Source: Candidatus Poribacteria bacterium (lineage in GTDB: Bacteria > Poribacteria > WGA-4E > WGA-3G). Taken from it: a DNA stretch of 64,000 bases. The translations under genes were made by a program, and so were the position numbers. Positions 29,784 to 39,669 of this stretch are shown here, piece by piece. The stretch spans positions 1,408,001 to 1,472,000 of the forward strand of contig CBDANF010000003.1 in the NCBI GenBank assembly GCA_965197475.1, given 5' to 3'. Position 1 is the stretch's first letter. Each line of letters starts with the position of its first letter. Under the pieces are notes generated by a model, which did no database searches, had not been told where the DNA came from, and saw only the letters and a program-made list of their open reading frames with translations.

Positions 29784-32399
29784 ATGGAACTGAAAGATTA
29801 CCAACAACAAGCATTAGAGGCGTTAGACCGCTACCTTGAGGCATTGAAGGAAGCGCATCTGCAATTGGATAAAGTTGCCAAGATTCTCTCATCAGATGAA
29901 GTCCCCGATAGTTTGAGAAATTATCCCCTTCAAGCATGGGAGAGTTTACGCAAAAAATCGGGGTTGCCGGGTGTGCCAGACAAAAATGGTGAGAACCATA
30001 TTCCAGAATATATTTCACGTGAAGCCGCCTCTGGCGAACCGATCCCGCATGTCTGCTTGAAAGTGCCAACAGGTGGCGGAAAAACGTTGTTAGGTGTAGA
30101 GGCGGTACGGCGACTTAAAATCGGCACAGGATTTTTGCTTTGGATTGTGCCAACTAAAGCCATCTATACCCAAACGTGGGATGCTTTTAGCGATAGAGAT
30201 CATCCGTATCGTCAGATTTTGGATCGCGCTTCTGGTGACCGCGTCAAACTCCTTGAAAAAGACGATAGATTTACAAAGCAAGATGTTAAAAATCACCTCT
30301 GCGTGATGCTTCTGATGCTACCCTCTGCAAACAGAGAGAAAAACAAAGAATTTCTGAAAATATTTCGTGATAGCAGCGGTTATGATTCTTTCTTCCCTAT
30401 TGAAGACGATATTAGGAAACATCAGGCGTTATCGGAGGAACACCCCGACCTTGAAACAGCAGCAATCGACGAACCCGGACAGATGCGTGGTATGTTCGCA
30501 GCAAACCCTGCAGATAGACTGATTAAGCAGAGTCTTATTAATGTACTAAAATTGATACGACCAACGGTGATTTTAGACGAAGCACATAAGGCTTATGGAA
30601 GCAAAAAAGTTGAAAACAACCGGGAGTTTGTGGCAGCAGTGAATCGCCTGAATCCGCGCTTTGTGTTGGAGTTATCTGCCACGCCTCAACTTGGTATCAG
30701 CAACATTCTTGTCAATATCCCCGGTACTGCTCTTAAAGATGAGGAAATGATTAAAATTCCGATTCAACTTCGGAATTTTCCCAATTCCGATTGGAAATGG
30801 ACACTTGCTAAAGCAAAGACAGAACGTGATAAACTTGAAGAGGCAGCAAAGCAGTTTCAGCACGCAGAAAACCGCTATATCCGCCCCATTGCTGTAATTC
30901 GGGTTGATCGGACCGGTAAAAAGCAGCGTGACGGTGTTAAGGTGCATGCATTAGATGCCCGCGATGAACTTATCAAGGTACTTGGCGTTCCAGAGGAGCA
31001 CGTCAAAATTAAATCCTCTGAACAGGATGAACTCGCGGGTGTTGATCTGCTCAGTCCTTTTTGCCCCGTTCGCTACATCATCACAAAAGATGCACTAAAA
31101 GAGGGATGGGATTGTCCATTTGCCTATCAATTGGCACTGCTTGATAACACCACTGCACAAACCGCTATGACGCAGCTTATCGGTAGAGTTATGCGGCAAC
31201 CGCATGCCCGCGCAACGAATCAACCAGAATTAGATACTTGTTATATCTATTGCTTTAATCAGGAAGTAGGCGATGCTGTTGACAACGTCAAAAAAGGTTT
31301 AGAGGCGGAAGGGTTAACAGGACTTGCGGAATACGTTGAAAGCACGGATGCGGAGCGTGAAAAGAAAAATATCCAGCGCAGGAAAAAATACCGTGAGATA
31401 GATATTTTTCTGCCACAAGTAATGCACAAACGGGGGCGTAGTTGGGACATGCTAAATTATGAGCGTGACATTCTCAGTGCGATTGATTGGAGTCAACTCG
31501 AAGCGGTGGAACCGGTAAATTTGGACGACAAGGAACTCCTACAAGAAATTCGCGCGACTATCCATTTGCAAGACCATGACAAACCAGAAAAAATCATATT
31601 AGAGAATACATCTCAAAAATTGGAAATATCGTTTTTTGTTAGGCGTTTGAACGATGTTATCCCGAATCCTTGGCAAGCGGCGCGTATCGTCAAAGCCACT
31701 CTCCAAGCGTATCGGGAACAAGGCACTGATGAGAACAAGTTATTTGCAAATCGGTTGTATCTCTCCGAAGTTTTGAAGAACAAACTCCGTACACAGATAG
31801 AGTCTCTCGCTGAAACTATTTTCCGAGAGAAACTGGATAATAATAAAATTAGGTTTAGTCTTGAAACAGATGTAGAGTTGAATTTTGAGTTGGAAAAAAC
31901 GATTGAAGTTTATCTCACAAAAAACCCAAAACGTTTAACGCGTTCGGATAATAGTCCCGTGCAGCTTAACCTATTTAACCCAGTGTACGAAGCAGAATTC
32001 AATAATTTGGAGAAGGATTTCGCGCTTTATTTGGATAAAAAAGATGCAATTCAGTGGTGGCATCGCATCGCCGCGAGGCAAGGCTATTTTTTACAAGGTT
32101 GGCGGCGTGACCGTGTTTATCCTGACTTTATCGCCTGTGTACAAGGAGACAAGAAAGGACAGCAACGTCTACTCATTCTGGAAACCAAGGGGCAACACCT
32201 TGAAGGTAACAGTGACACCACCTACAAACAGGAACTTATCAAGACATTAGAGTCAGCGTATAAAAATGCTACCGAATATGGGACGATGGAAACTACCGGT
32301 CCTAATGACAAACCGATGTCCTTTCGCATGTTGCTTGAAGACAGTTGGCGTGAAACGGTTAATGAGGCGATAGATGACTACTCCGCATCATCATCATAA
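29784..32399 (+). CDS. res: Type III restriction enzyme Res subunit (SF2 helicase plus PD-(D/E)xK nuclease)
   Basis: 'KVPTGGGKT', 'LDEAH', 'LSATP', 'LKEGWDCP', 'QLIGRVMRQP', 'YPDF...ILETKG'. Confidence 0.92.
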   Translation: MELKDYQQQALEALDRYLEALKEAHLQLDKVAKILSSDEVPDSLRNYPLQAWESLRKKSGLPGVPDKNGENHIPEYISREAASGEPIPHVCLKVPTGGGKTLLGVEAVRRLKIGTGFLLWIVPTKAIYTQTWDAFSDRDHPYRQILDRASGDRVKLLEKDDRFTKQDVKNHLCVMLLMLPSANREKNKEFLKIFRDSSGYDSFFPIEDDIRKHQALSEEHPDLETAAIDEPGQMRGMFAANPADRLIKQSLINVLKLIRPTVILDEAHKAYGSKKVENNREFVAAVNRLNPRFVLELSATPQLGISNILVNIPGTALKDEEMIKIPIQLRNFPNSDWKWTLAKAKTERDKLEEAAKQFQHAENRYIRPIAVIRVDRTGKKQRDGVKVHALDARDELIKVLGVPEEHVKIKSSEQDELAGVDLLSPFCPVRYIITKDALKEGWDCPFAYQLALLDNTTAQTAMTQLIGRVMRQPHARATNQPELDTCYIYCFNQEVGDAVDNVKKGLEAEGLTGLAEYVESTDAEREKKNIQRRKKYREIDIFLPQVMHKRGRSWDMLNYERDILSAIDWSQLEAVEPVNLDDKELLQEIRATIHLQDHDKPEKIILENTSQKLEISFFVRRLNDVIPNPWQAARIVKATLQAYREQGTDENKLFANRLYLSEVLKNKLRTQIESLAETIFREKLDNNKIRFSLETDVELNFELEKTIEVYLTKNPKRLTRSDNSPVQLNLFNPVYEAEFNNLEKDFALYLDKKDAIQWWHRIAARQGYFLQGWRRDRVYPDFIACVQGDKKGQQRLLILETKGQHLEGNSDTTYKQELIKTLESAYKNATEYGTMETTGPNDKPMSFRMLLEDSWRETVNEAIDDYSASSS

Positions 32400-32671
32400 C
32401 GGATCAGTCGTATGCGTAAATTTCTCCCCTAACCTACAATTCCTTATAGAATGGACAAGTTTTCCTTGCCTCTGCTTACCTCGACGTAAGGCAAGTCAAT
32501 TGTCTATGTCTAACCCTTCCCATTTCTTTACGCATTTTGCCTTTTCAATCGTTACAGCGTTCAATCACAATTCATTGTACGTTCTTTAGCAATTAGTCTT
32601 AAATTATGTTGCGTCCTTTATAATTTGCGTAAGTCCTCAAGTCTTTAGGAGTAATACACGGAACAACACTT

Positions 32672-34210
32672 ATGTCAAAATTAAGGCATTCTTCCGTATT
32701 GAATTTTACATCAGCGAGAATCTTCGATTTAGCGGTTTACATCGGATTTTTAATTTTTGTTCTATCACTTCCATTCGGCTATTCAACACTGTACCTAAAT
32801 ATAGGGATGTCGCTTGTCCTATTCGGATGGGTGGGACGTATGATCTCAGCACGGAAACTCGGTTGGCATCGCACCACGCTTGACGTTCCGATCGCACTAT
32901 TTTTAGGATTAGCATTGGTTGCCTCACTTTTTGCCCCGCACCGTGCAAGTAGTAGTCTTGGATATTTTTGGAAATTGCTTCGGGCAATCTTGTTATTTTA
33001 TGCTGTTATCCACAGTCGCTTAGGCAATCAATGGCGACACGTCCTTATCGCGTTTATTGTTGCAGCGGGATTCTCTTCAATGCTTGGACTCTGGTATTAC
33101 GTCAACGATACACGCTTAGCACTGGATTTTATGGGGCGAGTCGGGTTAGAATTTAAAGGAGAATTGGTAAATGGAGAAGGATTTTCAGACGAATTACGTG
33201 CCGAATTACGCCAAATCAGTGTCCCGCTTTCGCAAACTGCGTCCATATCGCAGTCGAAAAAAACTGATGTATGCCGAATTGATGACCCCTCTCGGAACAG
33301 ACGCTATGTAGTCCGAAAAGATGAAACACATCTCATGGTGTACATGATCGAACAACGGTTGACCGGTACTTTCAAGATGCCGAATGACCTTGGCGCATAC
33401 CTTGCGCTCAGTCTTCCACTGGTAATCGGGTACTTTGTAGCAAGTTTCCGAATTCTGCGAAAACAGAAGAATGGGATTTGGATAATCTCTGTGCTCGGTA
33501 CTGTTGTTGCCGTAATGACAGCAAATCTGGTTTTGACCCTTACACGTGCCGCTTGGGTGAGTGTTACTATTGCGGCAGCATGCATTGGTTTATACTTAGT
33601 TGTGAGGACGTTATCTAAATTTCAATCTGCTCACGGTCTCTGGAAACGTGTGCTGATAGGATCCGTTTTAATAATTTTGATTTTCGGTGTATCACTATTT
33701 TTGATGCCTCAGCATATCAAGTCGCGTTTCCAAACTATGATTGAACAGCCTGCAGGTTTCCTGGGGGAACGCCCACAGTGGTGGCAAACTTCGCTTGAAC
33801 TGATTCGAAAATACCCACTCACCGGCATCGGCTTGGGTAGGTTTCGCCATGAATACCAGTTAAACGGACCTTCAGAGCAGTATAATATACCATATCATGC
33901 CCATAACCTCTATTTACATATCGCTGTTGAGCACGGTATTCCTTCTCTCTTTCTATTTTTGTGGATGCTCGTGATAATCTGGCGAGGCGTTTTTGCAATC
34001 CGTTCCTCTGTTGATGCTAAAGACGATTTTTGGAGAATAGGCACTTTTATCGGAGGTAGTGGATTTCTCATTTCCGCGCTTATCTACGGATTGGCAGATA
34101 ACATATTACACCAACGCACAGTGTTACTTTTTTGGTTTATCATTGGCATAATTTTTTATATTCAATTGTATAAGGACGAAATACATGAAAACAGACTTGA
34201 AACCGATTGA
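32672..34210 (+). CDS. O-antigen ligase family membrane protein
   Basis: Multiple TM segments; 'RLTGTF..PN', 'LTLTRAAW', 'PLTGIGLG.F', 'HAHNLYL'. Confidence 0.88.
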   Translation: MSKLRHSSVLNFTSARIFDLAVYIGFLIFVLSLPFGYSTLYLNIGMSLVLFGWVGRMISARKLGWHRTTLDVPIALFLGLALVASLFAPHRASSSLGYFWKLLRAILLFYAVIHSRLGNQWRHVLIAFIVAAGFSSMLGLWYYVNDTRLALDFMGRVGLEFKGELVNGEGFSDELRAELRQISVPLSQTASISQSKKTDVCRIDDPSRNRRYVVRKDETHLMVYMIEQRLTGTFKMPNDLGAYLALSLPLVIGYFVASFRILRKQKNGIWIISVLGTVVAVMTANLVLTLTRAAWVSVTIAAACIGLYLVVRTLSKFQSAHGLWKRVLIGSVLIILIFGVSLFLMPQHIKSRFQTMIEQPAGFLGERPQWWQTSLELIRKYPLTGIGLGRFRHEYQLNGPSEQYNIPYHAHNLYLHIAVEHGIPSLFLFLWMLVIIWRGVFAIRSSVDAKDDFWRIGTFIGGSGFLISALIYGLADNILHQRTVLLFWFIIGIIFYIQLYKDEIHENRLETD

Positions 34211-35132
34211 CATGTCTTCCGTGACAACGTATCCACTTCAGGATCGTATCAACAAAGTTTCTGTTAACGATTTTGCCACACTCCCGGACTTAAAGGCGGA
34301 CCTATTTCCGTTTTTAGAATCCCTCCCTAAGATTCTTAAGGGGCAAGATTTTTTAGCACTCGTAGACGATATCGTTACGGCATTCCAACGTGAAAAGCCA
34401 GTAATTGTAATGATGGGAGGACATGTTATTAAATGTGGGTTAAGTCCGCTCTTAATTGCATTAGCGAAGCAGGGAATTATTACCGGTTTCGCCTTTAACG
34501 GCGCGAGTAGCATTCACGATTTTGAGATTGCGTTGATCGGGGAAACTTCCGAAGATGTTTCTGAATACCTACAGACAGGAAAGTTCGGTATGTGGGAAGA
34601 AACAGGAAAATTGATGAATGCGGCGATTCAACATGCCGCAGATACTGACATTGGAATGGGTGAAGCATTGGGCAAAAAACTGATAACGTTAGACGCTCCA
34701 TACAACGCTTATAGTCTTCTTGCAGCTGGTATTCAATATGATGTTCCGATCACAGTGCATGTCGCTATCGGCACAGATATTATTCATCAGCATCCATCAG
34801 CGAACGGGGCTGCCATCGGTGAGGCAAGTTTCACCGATTTTCGCTTATTGACTGAATTAGTGACACAGTTGGAAGATGGCGGTGTTGTCCTTAACTTAGG
34901 GTCGGCGGTAATTTTGCCGGAAGTGTTTCTGAAGGCGTTGACGATCGCGCGGAATTTGGGGCATACGGTATCTCACTTTACCGCTGCCGATTTTGATATG
35001 AACCAACAATACCGTCCAGTTGAAAATGTCGTAAAACGCCCGACGGAGATGGGTGGCAAAGGTTATACCTTCACGGGACATCATGAGTTGATGATTCCGC
35101 TTCTGGTGCAATCCGTTCTCTTTCGGCTATAA
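34185..35132 (+). CDS. Deoxyhypusine-synthase-like (DHS fold) hypothetical protein
   Basis: 'MMGGHVIKCGL', 'IHDFE', 'TVHVAIGTDIIH', 'GSAVILPEVFLKA', 'GHHE'. Confidence 0.7.
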   Translation: MKTDLKPIDMSSVTTYPLQDRINKVSVNDFATLPDLKADLFPFLESLPKILKGQDFLALVDDIVTAFQREKPVIVMMGGHVIKCGLSPLLIALAKQGIITGFAFNGASSIHDFEIALIGETSEDVSEYLQTGKFGMWEETGKLMNAAIQHAADTDIGMGEALGKKLITLDAPYNAYSLLAAGIQYDVPITVHVAIGTDIIHQHPSANGAAIGEASFTDFRLLTELVTQLEDGGVVLNLGSAVILPEVFLKALTIARNLGHTVSHFTAADFDMNQQYRPVENVVKRPTEMGGKGYTFTGHHELMIPLLVQSVLFRL

Positions 35133-35223
35133 ACAACGTAAGTTTGGGATGAGAATAGCACAATACTGCGTATGTGCATTGCATCTGTGTTAATCCATGC
35201 CTCCGGGGGTAAAAGCTCCTATA

Positions 35224-35313
35224 ATACCACATTAACCTGATTTATCTTATTTTCTGGGTATTAGGCGCACTTACAAAGCGCGCCTACCGAATGAGATCAA
35301 GTTAATTTGGTAT
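35224..35313 (-). mobile_element. MITE of about 90 bp with an internal REP hairpin (copy 2)
   Basis: Reverse complement of 18005-18095 with few substitutions. Confidence 0.8.
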
Positions 35314-35340
35314 AAGCCGAGCTTATAGTTTGCACAGAAT

Positions 35341-35367
35341 ATGGCACAAACTAACAGTTTGTGCCAT
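35341..35367. terminator. Palindrome between convergent genes (REP-like or terminator)
   Basis: ATGGCACAAACT-AAC-AGTTTGTGCCAT. Confidence 0.6.
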
Positions 35368-35407
35368 AACTTAAAACATTCGCGTGCTTGGATGAGATTC
35401 AAACGTT

Positions 35408-35662
35408 CTATACAGAACGTCTTTTAGATAACAGGTGCCAAATCGCTTTAACACATTTCTTCCTTGAAACCTCACAGTTCTTCAATGTTGTTTTTAGTTC
35501 GACTAACAATGCGCGGGCAGCCTGTAACTGCGGCAACGATGGGGTTTGTAGATAAATTCTTAACAATTCTTTTCTTTCAGCACTATCCATCTCATCTTGG
35601 GATTTAATAATTTTACGATATCGTGAATAGTCCATAATTAGTTTCTCCAAATTTATGTCCAT
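35408..35662 (-). CDS. Hypothetical protein
   Basis: 84-aa ORF co-oriented with the CYTH gene. Confidence 0.6.
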   Translation of the reverse strand: MDINLEKLIMDYSRYRKIIKSQDEMDSAERKELLRIYLQTPSLPQLQAARALLVELKTTLKNCEVSRKKCVKAIWHLLSKRRSV

Positions 35663-35687
35663 ACCTGATTATATCTTTTGTGTCTTA

Positions 35688-36209
35688 TTAACCTTTTTCT
35701 TGAAGTCGCCGTAGATCGCTGTATGAAACTGCAATCGGCTCTGCCGAGTTTAAGTCAAGAGTAGTTTTTACGTGTTGATGTTCTTTAATTGCCTCATGTT
35801 CGGTTTGTCCCTGAAAGACGGTTTCTAATTCCACAAATTCCCCTAAATCAGCAACGATGTCCAGGTGAATTCGAGTATTGTTATACATCCAGATTGATCT
35901 CTGTTTTTTTACTATTGTCTTTATGCCCAATGCTGCAGCTAGCAGTTCTTTTAGCATTGTCGGTTCTGCAATTTTGCAGAGTTCATACAGACTGTAGCGA
36001 GATTCCAACGCATTCGGGCGTTCATAATAGATAAGCCAACCTTCATCTGATTCATCTGTCTCGCGTAGTTTTAACCTGCCTTTCGGATTCTGGAAATAGG
36101 TATCCACTTGGTGTATAGTTTCGCGGTGCGTTGCCTGTAGATCAACCAACCTCGGAAGGAGCATATCAAGAGACTCGTACCGCACCTTAAACTCTAAGTT
36201 TTTTGCCAT
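35688..36209 (-). CDS. CYTH-domain protein (class IV adenylate cyclase-like)
   Basis: N-terminal ExExK-like 'NLEFK', 'QVDTYF...GRLKLRE', 'RIHLD.V..LGEFVELE'. Confidence 0.9.
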   Translation of the reverse strand: MAKNLEFKVRYESLDMLLPRLVDLQATHRETIHQVDTYFQNPKGRLKLRETDESDEGWLIYYERPNALESRYSLYELCKIAEPTMLKELLAAALGIKTIVKKQRSIWMYNNTRIHLDIVADLGEFVELETVFQGQTEHEAIKEHQHVKTTLDLNSAEPIAVSYSDLRRLQEKG

Positions 36210-36273
36210 TATTTCATGAATAGTTTTTGAAAAATACTGTGAGACTGAATCGTAAGTACTTTACACCTATATC

Positions 36274-36873
36274 TCAGTCAAGTTCCAAAAAATCATCTTC
36301 AGTTTGAAAATTATTGACACAAGATCGGTTACAACGTTCTCCTTGTTCCTGCAACAGGCAGACGCGATGTCTTAACCGTAGTGAACTAACCAAACAAGTT
36401 CGCAGTTGCTCCGTATCAAAATTGCGTCCCACTAAGAAACTGTAACTGCCCATTCTCATCAATTCACGTGCTCTACGATCATCCGAAACAATAGAGATGA
36501 TTTTGACGTGAGGTTGATACCTTTTAACATACGAAAAGATGTTGGAACGTCGGAATCGGGTGAAGTCCACAATTATCAGTTGATATTTTGCCAACCTCAG
36601 CATCCCAACTGCTTTTGAACTTCGTTCCGCAATATCACATCGGTAATTTTCTGATTCAAGTACACCTTTAATTCTGTCTTGCAAATCATCATTATAGGAA
36701 ATAATCAGCACTTGACCTTTCAATTTAGATATGCCCGTATCCTCTTGAATACTAAGCGGGACGAGTGCTTGATCAACTCGCCATCGCAAACGACCACGTG
36801 CCTCACGTACTCGCCTGTTGACTTGGTCAAGTTTCTCTTCTAATTCTGGACGTCGTTTTTTTGATCTCCGCAT
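36274..36873 (-). CDS. Atypical receiver-domain protein
   Basis: CheY-like topology ('VLIISYND...YQLIIVDF') with a basic N-terminal helix and a Cys-rich tail. Confidence 0.6.
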   Translation of the reverse strand: MRRSKKRRPELEEKLDQVNRRVREARGRLRWRVDQALVPLSIQEDTGISKLKGQVLIISYNDDLQDRIKGVLESENYRCDIAERSSKAVGMLRLAKYQLIIVDFTRFRRSNIFSYVKRYQPHVKIISIVSDDRRARELMRMGSYSFLVGRNFDTEQLRTCLVSSLRLRHRVCLLQEQGERCNRSCVNNFQTEDDFLELD

Positions 36874-37305
36874 AATATATCTAACACCTTTTTAACGCTT
36901 GGACATACGCACTTGCCCTCTTGTACGCTGGAAAACATATCTGCTAAAAGAGTAGGCACATCATTCGCGTAAACCATGCTATTTTAATAACGAATTATTC
37001 TGCAAAAGAATTCATAATTTTTCAAAATTTGTTGACCGATTCAAACTACCGCTGCATCTTTAGACGCTGGACACCCTTTTTTGTTGTAAAAAAACATAAT
37101 GTGCTATAAAATAGCGACAATTCTTTTTACTGCTGTGTTTCAAAGTTCCTCTCTATTGATAGTCTAAAACTGTAGTGTTTAATAAAACAAAGATAACACC
37201 GAATACTTACAATTCATGCTTGTTATATATTATAGACACATTTGTATTAAAAAAGATAGAAAAACTTTCTTCTTATAAATGTATCATAGACAATTTTAAT
37301 TCATA

Positions 37306-38367
37306 ATGGTAGAAAAAATGAGTAACATACCCTCAACATCCCAAATTCCGCTCCCTGCCCATTTTGATTCTGATCAAGTTGGACAAGTGTGGCGAATTCC
37401 GTATCAGGCACGGCTAAGTGACGCTCGTGCTTGGGCACAACAACACGATATTCCTCCAGTATCTGAGGACGACTTCCGCACTTGTTTGCTGCTTGTTGAT
37501 GTCCAAAATACTTTTTGCATCCCGGATTATGAATTGTTTGTTGGCGGCAGATCGGGCAATGGTGCTGTTGAGGATAATGTGCGCTTGTGCCAGTTCATCT
37601 ATCGCAACCTTCCGCATATTAGTAAAATCGCTTGCACGTTGGATACACACACTGCAATGCAGATATTTCACGAAATATTTTGGGTTGATGATGCTGGTGA
37701 ACATCCCGTACCACTGCAGACGCTGATTACGCAAGAGGATATTGAAACAGGAAAGTGGCGAGTCAATCCGGCGGTTGTTGATAGCGTGATTGGAAATACG
37801 GATCGTTATAAATGGCTCAGGGAATACGGTGCACATTATGTCAAAACCCTTACGGTTGAAGGTAAGTATCCGCTTACGATATGGCCCTACCACGCAATGC
37901 TCGGTGGAATTGGGCATGCTGTTGTCTCTGCTGTTGATGAAGCGTGCTTTTTTCATGCTATTGCACGCAACAGCCAAACCCACTATGAACTCAAGGGACG
38001 GAACCCATTGACCGAAAACTATTCAGTCCTTCGGCCTGAAGTGCTTCGTGATGCAGAAGGGAATCCTATTGCACACAAGAATAACACTTTTTTGGAAATG
38101 CTCTTAGAATATGACCGCTTGATTATCGCAGGTCAGGCAAAGAGCCACTGTGTCGCTTGGACGGTGAGCGACCTACTTGCAGAAATTCAACAAACGGACG
38201 TAACACTCGCCAAGAAAATCTATCTGATGGAAGACCTAACGTCACCGGTTGTTGTGCCGGATGTAGTGGACTATACGGAATCGGCTGATGCAGCTTTTGC
38301 TAAATTTTCAGAGGCAGGAATGCATATAGTCAAGTCAACGGAACTGATCGAAAACTGGATTATGTGA
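37306..38367 (+). CDS. Isochorismatase/nicotinamidase-family cysteine hydrolase
   Basis: 'LLVDVQNTF', 'TLDTH', 'WPYH', 'KG', 'AGQAKSHCV'. Confidence 0.88.
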   Translation: MVEKMSNIPSTSQIPLPAHFDSDQVGQVWRIPYQARLSDARAWAQQHDIPPVSEDDFRTCLLLVDVQNTFCIPDYELFVGGRSGNGAVEDNVRLCQFIYRNLPHISKIACTLDTHTAMQIFHEIFWVDDAGEHPVPLQTLITQEDIETGKWRVNPAVVDSVIGNTDRYKWLREYGAHYVKTLTVEGKYPLTIWPYHAMLGGIGHAVVSAVDEACFFHAIARNSQTHYELKGRNPLTENYSVLRPEVLRDAEGNPIAHKNNTFLEMLLEYDRLIIAGQAKSHCVAWTVSDLLAEIQQTDVTLAKKIYLMEDLTSPVVVPDVVDYTESADAAFAKFSEAGMHIVKSTELIENWIM

Positions 38368-38421
38368 ATACGAAACATAACAACTCAAAAGTGTAACTCG
38401 CTGCAGTAAATAAGGAACGAA

Positions 38422-39669
38422 ATGGTTATGGAAAAAAGACATTCAGAGATAATTACCTTTAGCCGACTGTCGGGAATGATGTTTTTACAATTCGCTGTAT
38501 GGGGTGCATGGGCAGTTCTTATTGCCGGCCACATGGGAAATCTCGGGTTCACCGGCAAACAAATTAGTTATGTCTTTGGCACCACCGCCATCGGCTCAAT
38601 AATTTCGCCTATCATTGCCGGATGGGTAGCGGATCGATTAATGCCTGCCCAACTGTTCGCTGCAATTTCGCATATACTAAGCGGTGTTTGCCTTCTTGTT
38701 GCATGGAAACAGACAACGTTCCCAATGATGTGGTTGATGATTTTCCTACACGCGATTCTCTTTATGCCCACTATCGCGCTAACCAACTCAATTGCTTTCC
38801 ACCACATGGGACAGTCAGACAAATTCGGAAATATCCGTGTCTTCGGAACATTGGGATGGATAGCGATCAATTGGGGATTGAGCTTGTATCTCCGATATTG
38901 GGAAAAGCAGGAAACGAACTTACCTCACGTCGGCGACTGCCTCCTTTTTGGGGCTATCATTTCCTTTATAATGGGTGTCTATTGCCTGACTCTTCCTAAC
39001 ACACCACCTAGCAAAGAAGCAAAAAACCCTTACGCTTTTCTTGATGCCTTCTCCCTTACCTCAAATCGGAACTTCGCCATACTTCTGTTTATCTCCTTCC
39101 TCGTTGCTATTGAATTACCATTCTATTATAATTTAACCTATCTGTTTTTGACTGAGGCAGAGCATGGTGTTGGATTAGCGGCAAGTACTGCGAATTTGGC
39201 TATGAGTCTTGGACAGGTCGCCGAAGTCTTACTAATGCTATTGCTATTTCCATGTTTACGGCGTTTTGGGATGCGGCTCACAATCTTTTTGGGGATTCTT
39301 GCGTGGCCAGTGCGTTATGCTATCTTTGCCATAGGCGAACCGGTGTGGTTAGTTGTCGGCTCGCAAACATTACACGGCATCTGTTATTCCTTCTTTTTCG
39401 TTGGTGGAATGATTGCGATTGAACGACTGAGTCCGCAGGATATTCGCGCAAGTTCTCAAGCACTCCTCCTCTTTTTTACCAACGGACTCGGTATGCTTGT
39501 CGGGCATATTGTTAGTGGACGCTTGCATGATTACTTTGCGTATCCGGATGGTGGACACGCTTGGGCGAAAATCTTTATGGTACCGATCATCTTGACAGTC
39601 ATTGCCGCTATAGTTTTCTATATATTGTTCAATGAACAGAAATATCAGCAGGATGCGGATGCCGTGTGA
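38422..39669 (+). CDS. MFS nucleoside:H+ symporter (NupG/XapB-like)
   Basis: 'MMFLQFAVWGAW', 'IRVFGTLGW', 'GQVAEV', 'LHGICYSFFF'. Confidence 0.9.
   Translation: MVMEKRHSEIITFSRLSGMMFLQFAVWGAWAVLIAGHMGNLGFTGKQISYVFGTTAIGSIISPIIAGWVADRLMPAQLFAAISHILSGVCLLVAWKQTTFPMMWLMIFLHAILFMPTIALTNSIAFHHMGQSDKFGNIRVFGTLGWIAINWGLSLYLRYWEKQETNLPHVGDCLLFGAIISFIMGVYCLTLPNTPPSKEAKNPYAFLDAFSLTSNRNFAILLFISFLVAIELPFYYNLTYLFLTEAEHGVGLAASTANLAMSLGQVAEVLLMLLLFPCLRRFGMRLTIFLGILAWPVRYAIFAIGEPVWLVVGSQTLHGICYSFFFVGGMIAIERLSPQDIRASSQALLLFFTNGLGMLVGHIVSGRLHDYFAYPDGGHAWAKIFMVPIILTVIAAIVFYILFNEQKYQQDADAV

Noticed and set aside
32400-32640. IS remnant marking the island's right border (TGCGTAAGTCCT end-like motif)
   Set aside because: No matching partner end or recognisable transposase frame; too weak to call.
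6528-38367. Functional link between nadA or the nicotinamidase and the Sir2 NADase
   Set aside because: They lie 9-16 kb away in unrelated contexts; no evidence beyond the shared metabolite.
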